Below, one piece after another: positions 52,831 through 64,000 of a DNA stretch of 64,000 nt (the first letter of the stretch is position 1; each line of letters opens with the position of its first letter). The notes under the pieces are model-generated. The model ran no database searches, had not been told where the DNA came from, and was given only the letters and a program-made list of their open reading frames with translations. The position numbers and the translations under genes were made by a program. Location: the NCBI GenBank assembly GCA_000004695.1, contig CM000150.2, forward strand, positions 4,288,001 through 4,352,000, read 5' to 3'. This DNA comes from Dictyostelium discoideum (lineage: Eukaryota).

Positions 52831-54379
52831 ATGACAGAAAAATATAAGGTAAACTTTTTTTATATTTTATTTTTATTTTATATTTTAAATTATAATTTCA
52901 ATGTTGTAATTTCAATTTTTCCAACATCATTTTCTCAAATTAATTCAACAAATGGGTTTTTAATATCAGAAGGCAGAAGTTTAATTTCAATTACACATGG
53001 AGACTTGAACGGTGATGGTAATGATGATTTGATATATGCTAAACATTCAGAAGGACTATATGTATTTTATGGGCCATTAGCAAGTAATTTTGATTTTCAA
53101 ACAGACATATCAAAAATCAACGGTTCAAATGGTTTTATTTTTTTAAATACTACTGTTCTAATGTATCGAATAGCTGTTGGTGATATAAATAATGATGGAT
53201 TTGACGATATTGCTTTTTTTTTAAATATTATGCCAGGAAAACTTTGTGTTATCTATGGTACTGATCAAATTATATCACCTTCTACTTTTTCCACAGTGAA
53301 TGGTAATAATGGTTTCTATATTTCTCACGTTTCGTCCTCTAATATTGCATTTGGGCTTGTAAGATCAATCATTGATTTCAATGGTGACTCAATTAAAGAT
53401 TTATTTGTAGGTACATATTTTTTTTATTTTTTTATTTTGTTTTAAAAGTATTGTTGTTAATACAACACATATTTTTTTTTTTTTTTTTTTTTAGGTCTCT
53501 GCAAGTATAGGAACTTATGTAAGTACAGGAACACCAATTTCATATATGATATTTGGTATAAACGGTGGTAAATTTCAAGTTAATTCACAATTTGAATTTG
53601 ACCCTTCAACATTAAATGGGAGTAATGGTTTTTTAATTAATAATTTCAATTCATATGCGGCTTATCCTTATGATATGAATAATGATGGGATTGGTGATAT
53701 AATTATAAATAGGGGACATATAGCAATCGATATTATTTATGGTAGCAGAGGTCCTTTTACCTCACCATATATCCCAGTTTATGATGGTGTCAAAGGTACC
53801 AGTTTCAGCTTTTTAGGTTGCTCAACAAATTATAATGCTCTTCCAAATGCTTTTGGAGATTTTAATAATGATGGACTAAATGATTTTGGTGTAATTTATT
53901 CTTTATTATTTTTTGATTATTCTTATTCTTTATTATCCTTTATTGTTATTATACTAATTTTTACATTTTATTAAATAATTTTAGATTCTTACAAAACATA
54001 CTTCGGGTGACTATATAGCTTTTTTGGTTTGGGGTAAAACAGAATATCCACCAACAACAACATTAAGTATAAATCTAAATCCATCGGATGGTTTGGTTAT
54101 AGCAGTTATTGGCAACACCTATAACTGGGCTTTTTCTCCTAGGTTAGGGGATATAAATAATGATGGATTTGCAGATTTTTTAATCAATGGTAACACTGAC
54201 CTCCCATTCACCATTTTGTATGGTAATAATAAAAATTATGCTTCAAATCCAATTTATTTAAAAGATCAAGTTGGTGATTGTTCAAAAATGTCAATTAATG
54301 GCTATGCTGAGGCTATTGATATTGGTGATTATAACTCTGATGGTATTGATGATATTGTAAGTAATATTATATTAAATCA

Positions 54380-54459
<80 letters not shown>

Positions 54460-56152
54460 CATTATTTTTAACTTTTAAATAACTCTATTCTATCAGACAG
54501 CAGCTATATTAGCAACAGGTTCATATTTAGATATTTATACAATATATGGTCAAACTTCGATTGGTTCAATTTCAATAATTAGTAAATTATTTCAACCAAA
54601 TCCAATGTCAAACTCAATTTATAAATTATTTGAAAATAATATTAATTCAGAAGTTGGACAATGCGCAATTAGAATTGTTACATTAACAATTGAAAATCCA
54701 GCAAATGAAGATCAATTTATTATTAATCCTAGTTTCGATAGTTCAATATATTCAATAACATTTAATAATAATACAAGAGTTAGAATTGAATTAATATTAT
54801 TTGGTGATGAGAGTAAATCAATTGCAAATGATGTTTTACCAAAAATAACAGTTTCATTGTCACCTCAGCTATTTAATAGAACTATATTAATGAAATATGG
54901 TAATCAAGTACAATCAATTAAATTCATTGGTCAACCAAATGCAAATTGTGATACAAAATGTTTAAATGGAGGTACTTGTAATCCACTCACTGGTTGCCAA
55001 TGTATAAATGATCATTATGGTGATTATTGTGAATTAAAAGATTGTACAGTTCCACAATGTTTAAATGGTGGTTCATGTAATACAACAGTTGGTGAATGTT
55101 CATGCACTCAAGGTTATGAAGGTACGGATTGCAGTGGTATTAGTTGTTCAGCTTCATGTTCAAATGGTGGTTCATGTAATACTACAGTTGGTGAATGTTC
55201 ATGTCCTCAAGGTTATGAAGGTGTAGATTGCAGTGGTATTAGTTGTTCAATTTCATGTTTAAATGGTGGTTTATGTAATACTACAGTTGGTGAATGTTCA
55301 TGTATTAATGGCTTTTATGGTGATGATTGTGATACAAAGGATTGTACAGTTCCACAATGTTTAAATGGTGGTTCATGTAATACTACAGTTGGTGAATGTT
55401 CATGCACTCAAGGTTATGAAGGTATAGATTGTAGTGGTATTAGTTGTTCAGTTTCATGTTTAAATGGTGGTTTATGTAATACTACAGTTGGTCAATGTCA
55501 ATGTATAAATGACTTTTATGGTGATAATTGTGGTACAAAGGATTGTGCAGTTCCACAATGTTCAAATGGTGGTTCATGTAATACTACAGTTGGTGAATGT
55601 TCATGCACTCAAGGTTATGAAGGTATAGATTGTAGTGGTATTAGTTGTTCAGTTTCATGTTTAAATGGTGGTTCATGTAATACAACAGTTGGTCAATGTC
55701 AATGTATAAATGACTTTTATGGTGATAATTGTGGTACAAAGGATTGTACAGTTCCACAATGTTTAAATGGTGGTTCATGTAATACTACAGTTGGTGAATG
55801 TTCATGCACTCAAGGTTATGAAGGTATAGATTGTAGTGGTATTAGTTGTTCGGTTTCATGTTTAAATGGTGGTTTATGTAATACTACAGTTGGTCAATGT
55901 CAATGTGTTGAAGATTATGATGGCGATGGTTGTGGTTCTGATAATAAAAAGAAAACAAATATTGGTGTTATCATTGGCCCAATTCTAGGTGGTCTTGCAC
56001 TAATTGCAATTATTGTTGTTGCAATTGTTTTAATTAAAAAGAAGAAGAATGGAAATTCAAAAAAAAATACAAATAACATTGAATTAAGACCTCAAGGTTC
56101 CACTGTTGATATTCAAATGGGTGGTAGAATTAAAAATCTTGATAAATTTTAA
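52831..56152 (+). CDS. Type-I membrane protein: signal peptide, an integrin-alpha-like FG-GAP beta-propeller, about 13 tandem EGF-like repeats, a TM segment and a short basic tail. Four exons: join(52831..53406 or 53410, 53495 or 53529..53890, 53985..54356, 54497..56152).
   Basis: FG-GAP/Ca-binding repeats are GDLNGDGNDDL, GDINNDGFDDIA, DFNGDSIKDLFVG, MNNDGIGDII, FNNDGLNDFG, GDINNDGFADF and GDYNSDGIDDI. The EGF units are CLNGGSCNTTVGECSCTQGYEGIDCSGISCSVS. The TM segment is IGVIIGPILGGLALIAIIVVAIVLI, followed by KKKKNGNSKK. The exon 1/2 junction is ambiguous between two phase-compatible solutions. Confidence 0.75.
54377..54466. repeat. (TTA)n microsatellite in the FG-GAP gene intron 54357..54496.
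   Basis: Run of tta repeats. Confidence 0.85.
55041..55900 (+). repeat. Tandem near-identical 198-bp repeats, each encoding a pair of EGF-like modules, inside the FG-GAP gene.
   Basis: The motif GATTGTACAGTTCCACAATGTTTAAATGGTGGTTCATGTAATAC... recurs with more than 90% nucleotide identity. Confidence 0.7.
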
Positions 56153-56455
56153 ATTTAAAAAGAGATTATTTTAAATCAATTCTGTTGTATTATTATTGTT
56201 TTTTACTTCCAAAAAAAAAAAAAAAAAAAATTTTTGATCAAAATGATTATAATAAAAACCGCAGGGGTTATTTTTAAAAATAATTTGAAAAAATTCAGTG
56301 ATTTCATTTTATTATTATTTTTTTTTTTTTCTTATTTTTTTTTTTGTTTTTTTTTTTTTTTTTTTTTAATAATTTTGTAAAATAAAAATAACTCTTATAA
56401 ATTACATGTTGTATTATTATTTTAAAATTTGTAAATAAATAAATAAATAAATAAA

Positions 56456-56493
<38 letters not shown>

Positions 56494-56497
56494 ATAC

Positions 56498-56548
<51 letters not shown>

Positions 56549-57086
56549 TGATGGGAAAACTAATTTTATCATGGGGTGGATTTTTAAAAAAGATGATTTT
56601 GTCCTAGGTTGGATTTAGAATGGCAATTAAAAAATATTTAATTTTTTTAAAAAAAATTGGTTTAATAATTAATGAATTATATTGGTTGTTTTATAATATT
56701 TTTTTTTTTTTTTTTTTATTTTTTATATCATCATTTAAATTTAATTTCTCTATTGGTTTTCAATAACGTTATATATGTATTGGAAATTCAAACAAGTATA
56801 AAAATTAAATTAAAAGAATTTTATTTTATTTAAAAAAATCTTATTAAAAATTTAAAAAATATCTGAAAATCCAACACACTCCCATTTTATTTAAAATTTA
56901 ATTTTATTTGTTTATTATTTATTTAAAATAAGTTTTTTGTAATGAATTAAAAAAAAAAAAAAAAAAAAAAAATATTACAAAATAAATTGAATTTTTTTTT
57001 TTATTTATTAATTATTAATAAATTTTTAAAAAATATAAAACTTATTTTGTTTAAAAAGAAAAAAAAAAAAAAATAATCAAATTATT

Positions 57087-58771
57087 ATGAAAATGGAAAT
57101 TTGGAAAGTAATATTTTCAATTTGGTTTTTGTTATTCCAAAATTTTGTTTTAAGTGCCAAAAACGATGATAAGTAAATATGAAAATCTTTTTGTTTGATT
57201 AAAATTGGAGTTTGTTTTTAATAAATATTTATTAATAATTTTTATTTAGTAAATTAAAAGTTATAAGAGGAAGAAATGTAATTTATAATGGAAACGTTAT
57301 ACCATTATCAATTTTAATAAGGTATTTATTGAAAAAATGAAAAAAAAAAAAGTTTTAATTGTTAATTGTTTATTTATTTAAAATTTTTAGAAATGGTAAA
57401 ACAATAGGTATTAAAGATTATTCATTTAATCCTAAAAAATTGAATGAAAATTATGAAATTTTATATGATGATCGTGAATGTAATAATAATGAAGATTTTA
57501 TTATAATGGGTGGTTTAGTTGATAGTCATGTTCATGTTAATGAACCAGGTAGAACTGAGTGGGAGGGATTTGAAAGTGCAACAAGTGCAGCAGCAGCTGG
57601 TGGTGTTACTACAATTGTTGATATGCCATTAAACAGTTCACCAGTAACTACAAGCTTTAAAAATTTACTTGATAAAATTGAATCTATGAAAGGTAAATTA
57701 AGAGTAGATGTTGGATTATTGGGTGGTATAGTTCCAGGAAATTCAAAAGAAATAAAAAAAATGGTTTTACAAGGTGGGGTATTAGGATTTAAATCATTTT
57801 TATTACCATCTGGAATTGATGAATTTCCTCCAGTAAATGAGAATGATATTCAAGAAGCAATGAATGAAATGAAATTATTAAAATGTCAATATAATAATTC
57901 AGATGTAATTATGATGTTTCATGCAGAAGTTGAAGAACCAATTAAAGAAGCAACTGTTAGATTAAAAAATGAAAATGCCGATCCAAAATTATATAAAACC
58001 TATTTAGATAGTAGACCTAAAATATCAGAAAATCAAGCAATTTCTAAATTAATTGATATAACTAGACAAAACCAAATCGTATCAACACATATCGTTCATT
58101 TATCATCAAGTGAATCAATTGAACAAATTAGAGAAGCAATGGATCAAGGTGTACCAATTTCCGCAGAAACTACATATAATTATTTACATTTAACTTCTGA
58201 ATCAGTACCTTATGGAAACACATTATTTAAAAGTGCACCACCAGTTAGAGAACATGAAAATAAAGAATTGTTATGGAATGCTATTATTAATGGTACAATA
58301 AAATTAATTGTTTCAGATCATTCACCATGTACAATTAATTTGAAACAATTGAAAGAAGATAATCAATCAATTGGTGATTTCTTAAAAGCATGGGGTGGTA
58401 TTTCATCATTGGAATTAGGTTTACCAATAATTTGGACAGAATGTAAAAATAGAGGTATTCCAATTACACAACTCTCTGAATGGTTATCAAATGGACCATC
58501 TAAATTAGTTGGTTTAAATGATAGAAAAGGTTCAATTGAAATAGGTAGAGATGCTGATTTTGTAATTTTCAATCCAAATGAATCATTCATTGTAAATGAA
58601 AAGAAATTATTTTTAAAAAATAAATTCTCTGCATATAATGGTGAAAAATTATTTGGAGTAGTTTATGAAACAATTTTAAGAGGTAATTCAATTTTTAAAA
58701 AAGGTGATAATAAAATTAAAAAAATTATTGGTCAACGTTTAATTAAATCAAATTTAATAAATAAAAAATAA
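57087..58771 (+). CDS. allB: Allantoinase (cyclic amidohydrolase) with an N-terminal signal peptide. Three exons: join(57087..57172,57250..57321,57391..58771).
   Basis: Exon 1 is [28 protein letters not shown], with a GTAAAT donor. Exon 2 is [24 protein letters not shown]. Exon 3 has [40 protein letters not shown], the metal-binding HxH and carbamoyl-Lys region typical of allantoinase, and ...VSDHSPC. The gene symbol is a guess. Confidence 0.8.
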
Positions 58772-58792
58772 AAAAATAAAAAAAAAACATAA

Positions 58793-58826
<34 letters not shown>

Positions 58827-58843
58827 GATTTATTTTTTTTTTT

Positions 58844-59837
58844 TTAAAATCTACCTTTAACATTTGAAGAAATATCTCTTAAGAAATTATAAAATGATGG
58901 ACCAGCATTATTTTCTTCATCAATTAAAAATTTAGTGAATTCAATTGGATTTTCAATTAATTTACCTTTAAGATATTGAATTTCTGGTACAATTAAACGA
59001 TCTTGTTTACTATTTGAAATGGTTTGACGAATTAAACTTTCAGGTGGTGGTGGGAATTGATGATGTGAAGAAACCTCTTGAAGATTATAGAAAACCACAA
59101 GTTGATCAAAACTATCAACTAAATAGATATGAGATGTACTTGTGAGTATTGTATTTTGAGATAATGGTAAATATTTTGAAGCTAAATTATTTGGTGCACC
59201 ATAACTATACAATACTGGATAGATTGAACGATGTAATAAACGTGGCTCTAGTGTTGAATATAAACATTGATGATAAATCCATTCATCAGATTTCTTCTTT
59301 ATGGTTGATGCTTCAATATCGGTTGTTAGTTCCCTAAGTATTGGTGATTTCATCAATGCAAATACGTATCTTGGTAATGGTCTTAAATGAGAGACTTGTG
59401 AAAAGTTTACATCAATAGATGAAGTTACCGATGACAATATTACAACGTTTTCGTTATATTTTGTAATGATATTCTTTAACCAATCAACTAGTGAAATTCT
59501 TGCCTCTGAAATACCTTTTTCTAAAGTTTCTCTTATTATCTTATTTGTAAGTAATGAAATGGTTGTCTCTAAATCAATTGAATTAAATACTTCAATTGGT
59601 GTATCTGCAACTGGTACTCTAATATTAAATATATGTAATCTTTTCTCTATAATTCTATCAGAATTGCTTGTTGAATTAATAGCACTACTACTATTACCAC
59701 TTGATTTTAAAATATTATTATTTGATGAAAATAAAGTTGGTGATATATTATTTTGTTGTTGATCATTTGATGATCCAATTGGTGGTAAATATGAATAAGA
59801 AAATGCAATTTGTATATTTGGTGAAAAATCCTTACTA

Positions 59838-59879
<42 letters not shown>

Positions 59880-60775
59880 ATTAATAATTGTTTATAATTT
59901 ATTTATATATATATATATATATATATTTAAATATTTATTTAACTTACTCTTGAAAACCTGAAGAATTATTAAATTTAAATTCAAAAGCAATACTTGTAAA
60001 TGGATTAGATGCTTCAATATGGTATAAATTATCATATTGTTTACTTGCAATTGCAGGTCCATATGAACAATCAACAGAGAATTGTTTACTTGTTCTAATT
60101 CTTAATAAACCATGAAATCCCCATCCATATGAAATTAATTTATATCTTTAAAAATAAAAATAAAAAAAAAAAGATTAATAATAATAATAATTATAATAAT
60201 AATTATAATAGATTTATAAAATTATAATACATACATATCTTGTGGTAAAGTACAAGTTGGTAAAAGTTTATTATATCTATAAATTTGACCACCAGTTATT
60301 GTTGAAAGGAATTTTATTGAATCAAAACCAAAAAATTTATCACCTACTGCAAATATATCGAAATGAGCACCAACTTCAATTGCACGTTCTGCTAATTTCC
60401 TATAGATATTAGTTGTTGGTTTAAAAAATTCTTTTTTGCCATAACTATTTGATAAATCTTCAAGTGATGAAAAATTATTTTCAATTGGACTTTCTGAAAT
60501 AAATAATCCAATTTTAACTATTATATATATATTTTTTTTTTTTTAATAATAAAATTAGAATTATTAATTGAATATATAATATATTATATAAATATAAATT
60601 GAGAAATACTATACCATTTAATTTAAATAAATCAATTGATAAATAATCCATTAATAATTTAAGTGTATCAGATAATGCAACAGATTTTAATTTCTTTGAT
60701 ATAGTTTCATTAATTAAAGGTATTGATTGAATTGCTTTAATTATATTTGATTCATTTTTTCCTTTCTATAAAGTT

Positions 60776-60829
<54 letters not shown>

Positions 60830-61734
60830 TAATAATGTAACGATAATAACAATAATAATGATAATAATATTTTAAAATATTATATATCTTACATTTACTA
60901 AAAACTTTTCAATTGATAAAATATCAGAGAAATTAAAATCATTAATATTTTCAACGAATTTAATTAAAGGTGTTGAAGTATTTAAATTGTATAAACCTAT
61001 TCTTGTTGAATAAGTTATTAAACCAAATAATGCGTTATTTGGTAATGCATGTATCAATGCTTCTAATCCTTGTGTGATTGCATCATGTTGTTCTTCATTA
61101 CCTGAATAATCTACAACTGCAATATAAATTGGATTATTTATCAATGGTATCATTGAATATGGTATTGAATCTGGTAATGATGATGACGATGATGATTCTT
61201 GTTGAGTATTATCATAATCACCACCACCACCACTACTACTACCATCAAATTGGTCTTGATCAACTAATAATTCAATTGAATAATTTGATAATTCTGGTAA
61301 TGATTCTCTATTTGGTCTTGCATATCTTGATATTTGTTGTTGTTGTTGTTGTTGATTGTATTGGTTATTATTATAATTATCATTATCACTATCATTATCA
61401 TTATCATTATCAATATTAAAACCTGTATAATTTATCTTATTTAATGATTCACATATATTACATCTCCAACCACCACGTTCAAATTTCACTAAATTATTTA
61501 TATAAGCAAAACATTTTTTACATCTACCTATGTTTTTTGAATTTTCTTGATACCTAAAATTGTTTTTAAATGGTTGAATTACACATCCAAATATTGATCC
61601 TGATCCCTCTTTTACCTCTACTATAAATTAAATTGTTTTTTTTTCTATTAGTAACTTTTGAAACTATATTGTTATTATATTGTACCATTTATATTTACAA
61701 TTAACAGGGAATCTTTGAGAGGAGAATCTAACAT
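58844..61734 (-). CDS. Sec23-like COPII coat family protein (divergent Sec23/Sec24 fold, 790 aa). Six exons: complement(join(58844..59834,59948..60145,60235..60493,60615..60765,60893..61617,61686..61734)).
   Basis: Zn-finger GRCKKCFAYINNLVKFERGGWRCNICESLN. Trunk-domain segments PIYIAVVDYSGNEE...ALFGLITYSTRIGLYNL and YRKLAERAIEVGAHFDIFAVGDKFFGFDSIKFLSTITGGQIYRY. The C-terminal segments SIYPVLYSYGAPN...HIYLVDSFDQLVVFYN...SFYNFLRDISSNV are colinear with Sec23. All six exons are phase-consistent. The total length matches Sec23, about 765 aa. Confidence 0.7.
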
Positions 61735-62289
61735 TCATCAGATTTTTATCTTATTAAACAGTGCACAAACACTTCAATTAAATTTAAAATTTAAAATTAA
61801 AAAAAAAAAAAAAAAAAAAAAATTTCATTTTTTTTTTTTTTTTTTTTTTTTAATATTACAAAAATTAAATCATAATATTTAATTTTAAAATAAATATTTA
61901 TTTGGTATTAAAAATTGAAATAATGGTTCCAAAATAAATTTTAATATTATAACTTTAAAAGACTTATTTATTTATTTGTGTTTGGGGAAAATAAAAAAAA
62001 AAAAAAAAAAAAAAAAAATGAAAATAAATAATATTAACTGTATAATTTTTTTATTCTTTTTTAATTTTATCTTAAATGTAATAAACTCAATATTTCTTTT
62101 AAACTTTTATTTTATTTTATTATTTTAAAAAAAAAAATTAATATCTTTTCCTTTTATCATTTCAATAAATTAGAATTTAGCCCTTTTTTAAATATTCAAT
62201 TTTCAAAGGTTATAAATATATTGTATATAATTTCAAAGAAATTATCAATAACATCAAATGACCAATAACAATAAAGTCAAGTTAAAAAA

Positions 62290-62320
<31 letters not shown>

Positions 62321-62713
62321 CTCTATATTTTTTAAATTAATTATAAAAGCCAGATATCGAATACAATTAAACTCCAAATTAATAAAAAAAGAATCTTTCG
62401 ATTCTAAAAAATCGATTAACCTTATAATCACTATAGATATTTAAAATAAAATTAAATACCTAGCAAAGATTTGTGAAATTTATTTTCAACTTGCACCAAA
62501 TTGTCAAAGATTGGATTTTTTTTTTTTTTTTTTTTTTTTTATAAAATATATTATTTTATTTTGAAATATTAAAATATTAATAAAAAAAAAATAAAAAAAA
62601 AGAAAAAAATCAAAAAGTATGGATTTTTTTTTTTATTAATTATATTTTACTAATACATAAAAAAACCAATTTAATTTTATTACATTTTAATTCAAATAAT
62701 AAACAAAAAAAAA

Positions 62714-62986
62714 ATGGCCAAATGTGAAGCTTGTGGTGGTATTGCATCTGTTACTTGTGGTGTAACTGGTTGTGGAAATAAAGGATGTCTTAATTGTCCA
62801 TATATGACAGCAGTTTCAAGATTTACAAATACTTTCAATGCAAGAAATGTTACAAATACAATTAATCGTAATTCTCCATTCGGTGCAAACATGTCAAATA
62901 CTATGTTTGAATGTGGCGATTGTAGAAATGCTTCCAACACCTCTTCTTCCAACAACTCCACTTCATCTTCTTCTGATGACTCTTAA
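62714..62986 (+). CDS. Small Cys-rich protein (90 aa) with GC-shifted codon usage. Hypothetical.
   Basis: ATG ORF MAKCEACGGIASVTCGVTGCGNKGCLNCPYM... with a Ser-rich C-terminus. An overlapping minus-strand ORF of similar size exists. The coding strand was chosen on the ATG and on codon usage. Confidence 0.3.
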   Translation: MAKCEACGGIASVTCGVTGCGNKGCLNCPYMTAVSRFTNTFNARNVTNTINRNSPFGANMSNTMFECGDCRNASNTSSSNNSTSSSSDDS

Positions 62987-63278
62987 TAAAATAATAAATT
63001 AAACTCCAAATAATTCCATATTAATAAAAAATAAAACTAACTTGGTTATACTATTTAAAAAATTAACAAAAAAAAAAAAAAAATTTAAAAAAAAAATAAA
63101 CAAAAACTAGAATTTTTTATTAAAATTAATAATGTTTTTGGAAATAAATTAATACTTTTATTTATAAAGCAATAAAAAAAAAATGAAAAGGTTTTTATTT
63201 TTTCATTTTTTTTTTATTTTTTTTTTTTAATTTTTATTTTTTTATTTTTTTTTTTTTTCCCTAATAGCGCCACTTGGT

Positions 63279-63354
63279 GGTGCAACGTTGCGATATTCAT
63301 TAAATTTTGACTCTAAAACGATTTCTTTGAAAATTAATATCGCAACGTTGCACC
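63279..63354. repeat. Perfect 18-bp inverted repeat (GGTGCAACGTTGCGATAT / ATATCGCAACGTTGCACC) with a 40-nt spacer. A GC-rich stem-loop island.
   Basis: Read directly from the sequence. Each arm contains the palindrome AACGTT. The flanks are pure A/T. Confidence 0.6.
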
Positions 63355-64000
63355 AAAACAAAAAATCTCCATTGATTTCCAAAATAATTATTTTAATTTT
63401 TTTTTTTTTTTTTTTTTTTAATTTAATTGGTGGGTATTATTGGTTGGTTCAATTTCAATTAAAAAAACACTAAAAACTAAGAAAAAAAAAAGGCACCTAT
63501 TAGTGAATGATTTTATTTTATTTTTTTATTTTTAGCTTTGTAGTTTTTTAAATTTATTAATATTACCTTATAATTTCTTAATATTAGCGGAATCATTTTA
63601 CAGGATTAAAACAACTTTTTTTTTTTGTTTTAATTTTATTTAATTTTTTAAATTTGTTGAACTTGAGGGATAAATACATCGGTCCCTCTTTGAAATACTT
63701 GACGATCATGCGAACGAAGAACATCACTATCTCTTTGAGAATCTTCTTTCCAAGCTTCAAATATTTAGTCTACAAAATATTTAAATAATATTTATTCCAC
63801 CATTGTATATATTTTTGTTACCCCTTTTTTTTTTTTTTATTTTTATACACAATTGCAGGGATGTGTATTCATGATAAATTTAATTTTTCAAAAAGAAGGA
63901 AGTTGTAGATCATTTGCTGTTATTCGTGAACTCATAACCGGTCAAAAATAATAAAAATCTTTTAAAAAGGAAGAAATAATATTTTTATTTATATTTTCAA

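Noticed and set aside
55041-55900. Regularly spaced near-identical repeats, which could suggest a CRISPR-like array.
   Set aside because: Repeat units are 198 bp, contiguous, in frame and encode EGF modules within a eukaryotic gene. There are no spacers and no prokaryotic context.

Overview
This window is AT-rich eukaryotic nuclear DNA with the hallmarks of a Dictyostelium-type social amoeba genome. About 75-80% of it is A+T. Introns are short (70-290 nt), with GTAAGT-type donors and T-rich ...AG acceptors. Coding regions are full of poly-Q/N/S/T tracts, and (TTA)n/(AAT)n microsatellites are abundant. There are three identical tRNA-Val(AAC) genes, each followed by a downstream 'ex-B box'. Nothing prokaryotic is present: no CRISPR arrays, operons or rRNA.

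I reconstructed about 30 protein-coding genes by hand-splicing the six-frame ORFs. Introns were placed on GT..AG rules, reading-frame continuity and homology to known proteins. The ORF track also uses TTG/GTG as 'M', so several listed ORF starts are not true starts.

Genes recognised by homology are listed below.
- An RWD + RING-IBR-RING (RNF14-like) E3 ligase.
- Two tandem coactosin-like ADF-H genes.
- Two tandem Ras GTPases with CKMI/CKMM CAAX boxes.
- A Cdc7/Cdc15-like STE-group kinase.
- The ATP23 metalloprotease.
- CPSF30 (five CCCH fingers plus a CCHC knuckle).
- A ZW10 kinetochore protein.
- VPS26, whose first coding exon is the ATG alone.
- A bacterial-type mitochondrial AspRS.
- A four-RRM Nop4/RBM28 nucleolar protein.
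- A RABL6 homolog with an (AAT)n microsatellite intron.
- An N-terminally anchored WD40 protein (TBL2-like).
- An allantoinase with a signal peptide.
- A divergent Sec23-like COPII-family protein (790 aa, 6 exons).
- A large type-I membrane protein: an integrin-alpha-like FG-GAP propeller followed by about 13 near-identical tandem EGF repeats.

The main non-genic observations are listed below.
- The three tRNA-Val genes share a conserved 5' leader and ex-B boxes.
- A poly(A)-terminated, GC-richer non-coding block lies upstream of one tRNA and may be a retroelement remnant.
- Two GC-richer inverted-repeat (hairpin or MITE-like) islands.
- Introns made largely of (TTA)n microsatellite recur in several genes.
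- CA/GT-rich G-box-like elements sit in long bidirectional intergenic regions.
- One gene has a duplicated 3' acceptor block.
- One region (22650-23460) is a fragmented ORF with in-frame stops.
- Two small ORFs have GC-shifted codon usage.

All homology calls are from memory of protein families, not from searches. Exon boundaries are hand-derived and carry the stated uncertainty.
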